From a virus (taxonomy: Duplodnaviria; Heunggongvirae; Uroviricota; Caudoviricetes), in the IMG/VR virus record IMGVR_UViG_2681813271_000015: 6,934 bases of DNA; one strand, written 5' to 3'. Below, in pieces: positions 1-5,941 of the stretch. Position 1 is the stretch's first letter. Each line of letters opens with the position of its first letter. The notes beneath the pieces are model-generated. The model searched no databases. It saw only the letters and a program-made list of their open reading frames with translations, and was not told the DNA's origin. The translations under genes were made by a program, and so were the position numbers.

Positions 1-981
1 TTATAACGTCACTCCGCCTTTTAGTGGATTCAGAGCGACGGCATTTTGCAGATAGTCAGGCGCAAGGTGCGCATAGGCCATCGTCTGCTGAATGCTCGCA
101 TGTCCCAGAATCTGTTGCAGTGCGATTATATTGCCCCCATTCATCATGAAATGGCTTGCGAATGTATGCCGCAGGATGTGGGTTGCCTGATTGGGTGGTA
201 TATCAGGTTTCACTCTGCGTAAAATCCCGCAAAATTTCTCATAATCAACTTTGAATAATTTGGCGCTGGCCTCCTCTTTAACTTTTTTCTCCAGTTCCTC
301 AGAAATCGGCACGGTTCGCTTTTTACCGTTTTTGGTTTTCAGGAAGGTAACCCTGCAATTTGTAATCTGTGCTGGTTTTAGCGTGGCAACTTCCGTCCAT
401 CTTCCTCCAGTGCTCAGACATAAAAGCGCGACAAGTAAGTCATCACCAGCCAAAACATTTAACAGTTTTTCGATTTCTGCTTTTTCCAGGAACGTCATTT
501 CAGGGTTGGCCTCCGCCAGTGGCGGCAGTCCGTGAATTGGGTGTTGCCCGGAAAATTCATCCAATTGAATTAATTTTGTGAACATGCCGGATAATCTGTA
601 CATGTCACGGTTTATCGTTGCGGCACTGATACCATCACGTAGTCGCATGGAACGATAATCCATCAAAGCCCTTTTGCTCATCCTGCTCACTGGTATATCA
701 CCTATGCCGCTGATGGTTTTGAGTAGATGATTAAACTCTTTTGTTCCATGCTCGTGGTTTTGCCCGTGATATTTCCACCAGATGTCCAGCAACTCACTCA
801 AAGTCCGGCGGTCTGCTCGCTGGCCTCCCCATTCTTTCTGACTGGCATTGGCGATTGTGTATCGCTCAAATGCTAGTGCTTCAGCTTTTCTTTCGAATTT
901 CCTGCGGATGCGTTTTCCGTCGCGACCGCGAGGTCTAATGTCCACTTCATAGCGACCATCATCGAGCTTCTTAATTGCCAT
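1..981 (-). CDS. int: P2-family tyrosine integrase (site-specific recombinase)
   Basis: Minus-strand ORF ending at TAA (window positions 3-1). Translation carries tyrosine-recombinase catalytic signatures near the C-terminus (..ATHILRHTFASHF.. and ..QQTMAYAHL..) and the N-terminus MAIKKLDDGRYEVDIRP resembles P2 Int as I recall it. Start chosen at ATG 981 (MAIKKL...) because a GGAGGG Shine-Dalgarno lies about 9 nt upstream on the minus strand; the ORF-track start at 1011 has no SD. The stop is at the window edge, so the att site is off-window. Confidence 0.9.
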   Translation of the reverse strand: MAIKKLDDGRYEVDIRPRGRDGKRIRRKFERKAEALAFERYTIANASQKEWGGQRADRRTLSELLDIWWKYHGQNHEHGTKEFNHLLKTISGIGDIPVSRMSKRALMDYRSMRLRDGISAATINRDMYRLSGMFTKLIQLDEFSGQHPIHGLPPLAEANPEMTFLEKAEIEKLLNVLAGDDLLVALLCLSTGGRWTEVATLKPAQITNCRVTFLKTKNGKKRTVPISEELEKKVKEEASAKLFKVDYEKFCGILRRVKPDIPPNQATHILRHTFASHFMMNGGNIIALQQILGHASIQQTMAYAHLAPDYLQNAVALNPLKGGVTL

Positions 982-1040
982 AAGAAAGCCCTCCGGCGCT
1001 GTATTCACCATCTTGGTAGCAAATGGTGAAAATGTAATCT

Positions 1041-1403
1041 TTATATAGNNNNNNNNNNNNNNNNNNNNNNNNNNNNNNNNNNNNNNNNNNNNNNNNNNNN
1101 NNNNNNNNNNNNNNNNNNNNNNNNNNNNNNNNNNNNNNNNNNNNNNNNNNNNNNNNNNNNNNNNNNNNNNNNNNNNNNNNNNNNNNNNNNNNNNNNNNNN
1201 NNNNNNNNNNNNNNNNNNNNNNNNNNNNNNNNNNNNNNNNNNNNNNNNNNNNNNNNNNNNNNNNNNNNNNNNNNNNNNNNNNNNNNNNNNNNNNNNNNNN
1301 NNNNNNNNNNNNNNNNNNNNNNNNNNNNNNNNNNTTCACAGAATTTTGATTGGCTTAGCCCTTCAGCCTCACGCAAGGCCTTAATCTTTTCGCTTAATTT
1401 CAT
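1041..1403 (-). CDS. C: C-type immunity repressor (HTH), 3' end hidden in N-masked gap
   Basis: Only 1335-1403 is readable: ATG at 1403, giving MKLSEKIKALREAEGLSQSKFCE, an N-terminus typical of a small HTH repressor that P2 C also has. Position (between int and cox, divergent from cox) matches the P2 C gene. P2 C is about 99 aa from memory, so the true stop is probably near 1100 inside the gap; the 1041 end is only the ORF-track maximum and is not trustworthy. Confidence 0.65.
   Translation of the reverse strand: MKLSEKIKALREAEGLSQSKFCEXXXXXXXXXXXXXXXXXXXXXXXXXXXXXXXXXXXXXXXXXXXXXXXXXXXXXXXXXXXXXXXXXXXXXXXXXXXXXXXXXXXXXXXXXXXXXXXXI
1049..1334. other. Masked/unknown sequence (run of 286 N)
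   Basis: Continuous N run seen directly in the sequence; it covers the 3' part of the repressor gene and the repressor-int junction. Confidence 1.
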
Positions 1404-1524
1404 TTGACATGGTGCCTATATAGGGACTAAATTCCCTCAAAACTGGAACCTATATAGGTTCCATTGATTTGAGAATAAACCAGCGTCTAAACGGTTTTGA
1501 GTGGTTTAGAAAGGGCTGGATCCT
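1404..1524. promoter_or_regulatory. Early control region: candidate Pe promoter, candidate operator palindromes, Pc expected on the opposite strand
   Basis: Consensus -35 TTGACA at 1404-1409, with TAAATT at 1428-1433 (18-bp spacer) as a candidate -10 reading toward cox. Two direct copies of the self-complementary 10-mer CCTATATAGG at 1415-1424 and 1449-1458; the second extends to a perfect 18-bp palindrome GGAACCTATATAGGTTCC (1445-1462). The copies flank the candidate -10, which is the P2-type operator layout. Exact Pc elements on the minus strand could not be pinned down. Confidence 0.5.
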
Positions 1525-1812
1525 ATGAGGGTACCATATATGGACGCTGAAAATTATGTGATTCAGTATCCGCTTGATGCGGTTCATGTGGATAAATTTG
1601 CTGATTTATTAGGGAAGCCAAAGACAGCCGTCAGTGAAATGGTGAAGGCAAATAAATTACCAATTATTGAATTGCGTGATCCTTGCAAACCGAAGGCTCG
1701 TGCCGGTGAAAAATGGGTTTTCATTCCTGAGTTTAATCGCGCTGTACGTGAGGCGTTTTATAACCGACCGGTTGAACAGCGTGATGCATGGCTTTTGTGG
1801 ATGGGGTTGTGA
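1525..1812 (+). CDS. cox: Cox-like excisionase / early-to-lysogenic switch protein
   Basis: First gene of the rightward operon, about 95 aa; C-terminal ...RDAWLLWMGL resembles the P2 Cox C-terminus as I recall it. AAGGG about 9 nt upstream of ATG 1525; alternative start ATG 1540 (MDAENY...) has GAGGG upstream. Stop TGA at 1810-1812. Confidence 0.8.
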   Translation: MRVPYMDAENYVIQYPLDAVHVDKFADLLGKPKTAVSEMVKANKLPIIELRDPCKPKARAGEKWVFIPEFNRAVREAFYNRPVEQRDAWLLWMGL

Positions 1813-1814
1813 TT

Positions 1815-1985
1815 ATGAATGAGCCGCGTTGTATTGCTCAGTTATTGCGTAACGAAAGCCCTAGGGCGATTGACTTCACCATCACCCACGGGAAGGGTCG
1901 CAAGGGAATCATTATCCGCACCAAAAAACAGAGTCCGTTAAAAAAGGCTCTGACCTTTCTGAAAAGCCGGAGGGTCTGGAAATGA
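1815..1985 (+). CDS. Small hypothetical early protein (position of P2 orf78)
   Basis: ORF in the early operon; ATG 1815 (MNEPRC...) is preceded by a G-rich stretch (GGGG 1803-1806). The ORF track starts it at 1788, which has no SD. Its stop TGA (1983-1985) overlaps the next ATG (1982-1984), indicating translational coupling. Basic, Lys/Arg-rich protein. Confidence 0.55.
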   Translation: MNEPRCIAQLLRNESPRAIDFTITHGKGRKGIIIRTKKQSPLKKALTFLKSRRVWK

Positions 1986-2482
1986 CAGTGATGACGCTCA
2001 ATCTCGTCGAAAAACAGCCAGCAGCTATGCGCCGGATAATTGGTAAGCATCTTGCCGTCCCTCGTTGGCAGGATACATGTGATTATTATAATCAGATGAT
2101 GGAGCGCGAACGGCTAACAGTTTGCTTTCATGCGCAGTTAAAACAACGTCACGCAACGATGCGTTTTGAAGAAATGAACGACGTCGAACGTGAACGGCTG
2201 GTTTGTGCAATTGATGAATTGCGTGGGGCATTCTCAAAACGCCGTCAGGTTGGCGCAAGTGAGTATGCATATATTAGTTTTTTAACAGTCAGTCAGCGTC
2301 GTACTTTATTTATGCATGCCGGATTGACTGAAAAAGAATTCAATCAGCCATACTGGCGAATTAATGAAGAGTCATGTTACTGGCGTGATGCTTTATTCCG
2401 TGCATTACGTGAACTATTCAGTCTGTTTGAGTATGCACCGACAATTCTGACGTCGGTAAAACCAGAGCAATATTTGCATTAA
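1982..2482 (+). CDS. B: Replication protein B (P2 B-like, helicase-loading function in P2)
   Basis: 166-aa ORF, the same length as P2 B, in the same position between cox/orf78 and the small orfs preceding A. The sequence looks highly similar to P2 B from memory; a database search would confirm. Stop TAA at 2480-2482. Confidence 0.85.
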   Translation: MTVMTLNLVEKQPAAMRRIIGKHLAVPRWQDTCDYYNQMMERERLTVCFHAQLKQRHATMRFEEMNDVERERLVCAIDELRGAFSKRRQVGASEYAYISFLTVSQRRTLFMHAGLTEKEFNQPYWRINEESCYWRDALFRALRELFSLFEYAPTILTSVKPEQYLH

Positions 2483-2503
2483 ATAATTAACCAGAGTTTT
2501 TAA

Positions 2504-2533
2504 CGCACTTAATTGTGCGGGGCTTCTTTTTGC
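2504..2533 (+). terminator. Weak hairpin plus T-tract between B and the next gene (possible partial terminator/attenuator)
   Basis: CGCAC (2504-2508), loop TTAATT, GTGCG (2515-2519), followed by GGGCTTCTTTTTG. The stem is only 5 bp, so at best a leaky terminator. Confidence 0.2.
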
Positions 2534-2545
2534 CTGGAGAAAGTC

Positions 2546-2725
2546 ATGCATACAGTTTCTGAAAATCAGTGCGGTAAATACGCATTACTGCTGCAACAGG
2601 CCAGAACCGAAGCACAGGCCGACGCTGCGACGCGCTTTTCTTCTCATCTTGACGCCATGATTCGCCATATCACAAAGGCGGAGTTATCCCGCGTGGAGAT
2701 AGTCGAGCTGCTCAGTCAGGAGTAG
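2546..2725 (+). CDS. Small hypothetical early protein (position of P2 orf80)
   Basis: ATG 2546 (MHTVSENQ...) preceded by GGAGA at 2536-2540 with 5-nt spacing; the ORF-track start at 2513 lacks an SD. 59 aa, stop at 2725. Confidence 0.6.
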   Translation: MHTVSENQCGKYALLLQQARTEAQADAATRFSSHLDAMIRHITKAELSRVEIVELLSQE

Positions 2726-2769
2726 GAAAAATTTCACAATATCGGATTGTCTCGCGGGGAGGTGCTTTG

Positions 2770-3069
2770 ATGTCCTGTTCTCATTCAGTTGTATTACTGA
2801 ATAACGCCTTAAAAATCGCCGTTATGAAAAATGGCGACTTGTCTCTTATTCAACTTTGTCTTGATAAAGAAAAACGCGACATCACTGAATCTGTTATCGC
2901 GATTTATCAGAATGAATTAAACCTCCTGTCTGATGTGGTCAATTTACTTGTTAAACGCGCTGTATTCCACAAGCAAATTTCCTCAGTGGATGAACTGACA
3001 AAATTAACGACAGAACTTGCCAGTTATTGCGCTGATGTATCCAGGAAACTTAACGATAAAAGGAGCTGA
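2770..3069 (+). CDS. Hypothetical early protein (position of P2 orf81)
   Basis: ATG 2770 preceded by GGGGAGG (2756-2762); the ORF-track start at 2767 is a TTG one codon upstream. 99 aa; stop TGA at 3067-3069 lies 2 nt before the next start. Confidence 0.65.
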   Translation: MSCSHSVVLLNNALKIAVMKNGDLSLIQLCLDKEKRDITESVIAIYQNELNLLSDVVNLLVKRAVFHKQISSVDELTKLTTELASYCADVSRKLNDKRS

Positions 3070-3071
3070 TA

Positions 3072-3296
3072 ATGCCGGACAACATAGATTTTATTCAGGA
3101 ACAACAGGCTGAATTACTGGAGCGCCAGATTAACGCGGCAAGGGTAAAACATTGCGGTGCTTCTGCGCTGGTTTGCGAAGAGTGTGACGCGCCAATTCCT
3201 GCTGCCCGTCGTGCGGCTTATCCGTCAGCCACGCGTTGTGTTTCCTGTCAGTCAGTCTTTGAAGCAAAAAACAAACATTACCGGAGAACGGCATGA
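3072..3296 (+). CDS. TraR/DksA-family C4 zinc-finger protein (position of P2 orf82)
   Basis: Strong SD AAAGGAG at 3058-3064. The 74-aa product has four cysteines arranged CxxC-(17)-CxxC (CEECDAPIPAARRAAYPSATRCVSC), the C4 zinc-finger signature of the TraR/DksA family. Confidence 0.8.
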   Translation: MPDNIDFIQEQQAELLERQINAARVKHCGASALVCEECDAPIPAARRAAYPSATRCVSCQSVFEAKNKHYRRTA

Positions 3297-3568
3297 GTAT
3301 TCGTATTGAAATTGGCGAACGTTATGTCGTTACCAGTGACAGCTTCCAGTTTATTCTCCACGAGAAAAAGAGAGCGGAAAGCGGTAAAAACGCCGGTCAG
3401 GAATGGCTGGCGGTGGTTGGTTATTACCCGAAATTAAGCCAGCTCGTTTCCGGCCTGATGCATCACGATATTCTGACCGGAAGCGCAAAGTCTTTTGCTG
3501 ATTTAAACGCGCAGGTTGAGCAACTCAGCAAGCGTTGTTCAGAGGCTTTTGGCTCATATGGCCGTTAA
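3293..3568 (+). CDS. Hypothetical early protein (position of P2 orf83)
   Basis: ATG 3293-3295 overlaps the preceding stop TGA 3294-3296 (ATGA coupling); GGAG at 3282-3285. 91 aa; stop TAA at 3566-3568 overlaps the A start. Confidence 0.7.
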   Translation: MSIRIEIGERYVVTSDSFQFILHEKKRAESGKNAGQEWLAVVGYYPKLSQLVSGLMHHDILTGSAKSFADLNAQVEQLSKRCSEAFGSYGR

Positions 3569-5855
3569 AGCCTCCGGGCGTTTTGTCCCTCCGTCAGCAT
3601 TTGCTGCAGGCACCGGTAAGGCGTTTACCGGTGCTTATGCATGGAACGCGCCACGCGAGGCTGTCGGGCGCGAAAGACCCCTTACACGTGACGAGATGCG
3701 TCAGGTGCAAGGTGTTTTATCCACGATTAACCGCCTGCCTTACTTTTTGCGCTCGCTGTTTACGTCACGCTATGACTACATCCGGCGCAATAAAAGCCCG
3801 GTGCACGGGTTTTATTTCCTCACATCCACTTTTCAGCGTCGTTTATGGCCGCGCATTGAGCGTGTGAATCAGCGCCATGAAATGAACACCGACGCGTCGA
3901 TGCTGTTTCTGGCTGAGCGTGACCACTATGCGCGCCTGCCGGGAATGAATGACAAGGAGCTGAAAAAGTTTGCCGCCCGTATCTCATCGCAGCTTTTCAT
4001 GATGTATGAGGAACTCAGCGATGCCTGGGTGGATGCGCATGGCGAAAAAGAATCGCTGTTTACGGATGAGGCGCAGGCTCACCTCTATGGTCATGTTGCT
4101 GGCGCTGCACGTGCTTTCAATATTTCCCCTCTCTACTGGAAAAAATACCGTAAAGGACAGATGACCACGAGGCAGGCATATTCTGCCATTGCCCGTCTGT
4201 TTAACGATGAGTGGTGGATTAGTCAGCTTAAAGGCCAGCGTATGCGCTGGCATGAGGCGTTACTGATTGCTGTCGGGGAGGTCAATAAAGACCGTTCTCC
4301 TTATGCCAGTAAACATGCCATTCGTGATGTGCGTGCACGCCGCCAGGCAAATCTGGAATTTCTTAAATCGTGTGATCTCGAAAACAGGGAAACAGGCGAG
4401 CGCATCGACCTTATCAGTAAGGTGATGGGCAGTATTTCTAATCCTGAAATTCGCCGGATGGAGCTGATGAACACCATTGCCGGTATTGAGCGTTACGCCG
4501 CCGCAGAAGGTGATGTGGGGATGTTTATCACGCTGACCGCGCCGTCAAAGTATCACCCGACACGTCAGGTTGGAAAAGGCGAAAGTAAAACCGTCCAGCT
4601 AAATCACGGCTGGAACGATGAGGCATTTAATCCAAAGGATGCGCAGCGTTATCTCTGCCGTATCTGGAGCCTGATGCGCACGGCATTCAAGGATAATGAT
4701 TTACAGGTCTACGGTTTGCGAGTCGTCGAGCCACACCACGACGGAACGCCGCACTGGCATATGATGCTTTTTTGTAATCCACGCCAGCGTAACCAGATTA
4801 TCGAAATCATGCGTCGCTACGCGCTCAAAGAGGATGGCGACGAAAGAGGAGCTGCGCGAAACCGTTTTCAGGCAAAACATCTTAATCGGGGCGGTGCTGC
4901 GGGGTATATCGCGAAATACATCTCAAAAAATATCGACGGCTATGCACTGGATGGGCAGCTCGATAACGATAGCGGCAGACCGCTGAAAGATACTGCCGCG
5001 GCTGTTACCGCATGGGCGTCAACGTGGCGCATTCCGCAATTTAAAACGGTTGGCCTGCCGACAATGGGGGCTTACCGTGAACTACGCAAATTGCCTCGCG
5101 GCGTCAGCATTGCTGATGAGTTTGACGAGCGCGTCGAGGCTGCACGCGCCGCCGCAGACAGTGGTGATTTTGCGCTGTATATCAGCGCGCAGGGTGGGGC
5201 AAATGTCCCGCGCGATTGTCAGACTGTCAGGGTCGCCCGTAGTCCGTCGGATGAAGTTAACGAGTACGAGGAAGAAGTCGAGAGAGTGGTCGGCATTTAC
5301 GCGCCGCATCTCGGCGCGCGTCATATTCATATCACCAGAACGACGGACTGGCGCATTGTTCCGAAAGTGCCGGTCGTTGAGCCTTTGACTTTAAAAAGCG
5401 GCATCGCCGCGCCTCGGAGTCCTGTCAATAACTGTGGAAAGCTCACTGGTGGTGATACTTCGTTACCGGCTCCCACACCTTCTGAGCACGCCGCAGCAGT
5501 GCTTAATCTGGTAGATGACGGTGTTATCGAATGGAATGACCCGGAGGTTGTGAGGGCGCTCAGAGGTGCATTAAAACACGGACTGAGAAGACCAAACCGT
5601 CAGCAAAGAAACGGAAGCCCGTTAAAACCGCATGAAATAGCGCCATCGGCCAGACTGACCCGGTCGGAACGAATGCAAATTACCCGTATCCGCGTTGACC
5701 TTGCTCAGAACGGTATCAGGCCGCAGCGATGGGAGCTTGAGGTGCTGGCGCGTGGGGCAACCGTAAATTATGACGGGAAAAAATTCACTTACCCGCTCGC
5801 TGATGAGTGGTCGGGATTCTCAACAGTATTAGAGTCAAACTCAGTGAAGCGTTAA
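3558..5855 (+). CDS. A: Rolling-circle replication initiator protein A (HUH endonuclease, P2 A-like)
   Basis: Long ORF with an HUH metal-binding motif (TPHWHMMLF; codons CAC-TGG-CAT at 4752-4760) and two tyrosines spaced four residues apart (GYIAKYISKNIDGY; Tyr codons at 4905-4907 and 4917-4919), the paired-tyrosine arrangement known for P2 A and phiX174 gpA. Start set at ATG 3558 (MAVKASGRF..., 765 aa), close to the about 761 aa I recall for P2 A; the ORF track starts at 3516 (779 aa). Stop TAA at 5853-5855. Confidence 0.92.
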   Translation: MAVKASGRFVPPSAFAAGTGKAFTGAYAWNAPREAVGRERPLTRDEMRQVQGVLSTINRLPYFLRSLFTSRYDYIRRNKSPVHGFYFLTSTFQRRLWPRIERVNQRHEMNTDASMLFLAERDHYARLPGMNDKELKKFAARISSQLFMMYEELSDAWVDAHGEKESLFTDEAQAHLYGHVAGAARAFNISPLYWKKYRKGQMTTRQAYSAIARLFNDEWWISQLKGQRMRWHEALLIAVGEVNKDRSPYASKHAIRDVRARRQANLEFLKSCDLENRETGERIDLISKVMGSISNPEIRRMELMNTIAGIERYAAAEGDVGMFITLTAPSKYHPTRQVGKGESKTVQLNHGWNDEAFNPKDAQRYLCRIWSLMRTAFKDNDLQVYGLRVVEPHHDGTPHWHMMLFCNPRQRNQIIEIMRRYALKEDGDERGAARNRFQAKHLNRGGAAGYIAKYISKNIDGYALDGQLDNDSGRPLKDTAAAVTAWASTWRIPQFKTVGLPTMGAYRELRKLPRGVSIADEFDERVEAARAAADSGDFALYISAQGGANVPRDCQTVRVARSPSDEVNEYEEEVERVVGIYAPHLGARHIHITRTTDWRIVPKVPVVEPLTLKSGIAAPRSPVNNCGKLTGGDTSLPAPTPSEHAAAVLNLVDDGVIEWNDPEVVRALRGALKHGLRRPNRQQRNGSPLKPHEIAPSARLTRSERMQITRIRVDLAQNGIRPQRWELEVLARGATVNYDGKKFTYPLADEWSGFSTVLESNSVKR

Positions 5856-5941
5856 CTCAATAAATATGAGTTTATAAGTTAGGCCTCGAGATTTTGTAGA
5901 AAGGGATGTATACTGAGTATCGTATAGATTTGGAGTGAGTG
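5856..5941 (+). promoter_or_regulatory. AT-rich intergenic region upstream of the methyltransferase gene; candidate promoter and RBS
   Basis: 86-bp AT-rich spacer with several -10-like hexamers (TATACT 5909-5914, TATAGA 5923-5928) and a -35-like TTGTAG (5894-5899), but no pair at canonical 16-18 bp spacing. SD GGAG at 5932-5935 lies 6 nt before ATG 5942. Confidence 0.3.

Noticed and set aside
251-938. Plus-strand ORFs 251-535, 369-581 and 741-938
   Set aside because: All are antisense to the integrase gene, which has clear catalytic motifs; none has an SD or a recognisable domain.
971-1339. Minus-strand ORF 971-1339 (122 aa, mostly X)
   Set aside because: It is built almost entirely from the N run; the readable tail overlaps the integrase start region in another frame.
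1788-1814. Upstream ATG 1788 as start of the orf78-like gene
   Set aside because: No SD upstream, and it would overlap the cox 3' end by 25 nt; ATG 1815 follows a G-rich SD-like stretch. Not excluded, just less likely.
1838-2270. Minus-strand ORFs 1838-2050 and 2025-2270
   Set aside because: Antisense to the orf78-like and B genes of the co-directional early operon; B is supported by length and similarity to P2 B, these by nothing.
3516-3867. Long upstream start for A at 3516 and the overlapping plus-strand ORF 3535-3867
   Set aside because: The 3516 start would add 14 residues and overlap the orf83-like gene by 53 nt; 3558 gives a length close to P2 A. ORF 3535-3867 is an alternate frame inside A with a composition-driven Arg/Cys-rich translation.
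3984-5388. ORFs 3984-4253 (-), 5050-5388 (+) and 5082-5330 (-) inside gene A
   Set aside because: Alternate-frame or antisense ORFs within a high-GC coding region where long spurious ORFs are expected; the A frame carries the HUH and tyrosine motifs.
5856-5941. Possible retron ncRNA or other structured RNA in the A-to-MTase spacer
   Set aside because: Retrons are common cargo at this hotspot, but the spacer is only 86 bp, has no long inverted repeats, and the downstream gene is a methyltransferase, not a reverse transcriptase.
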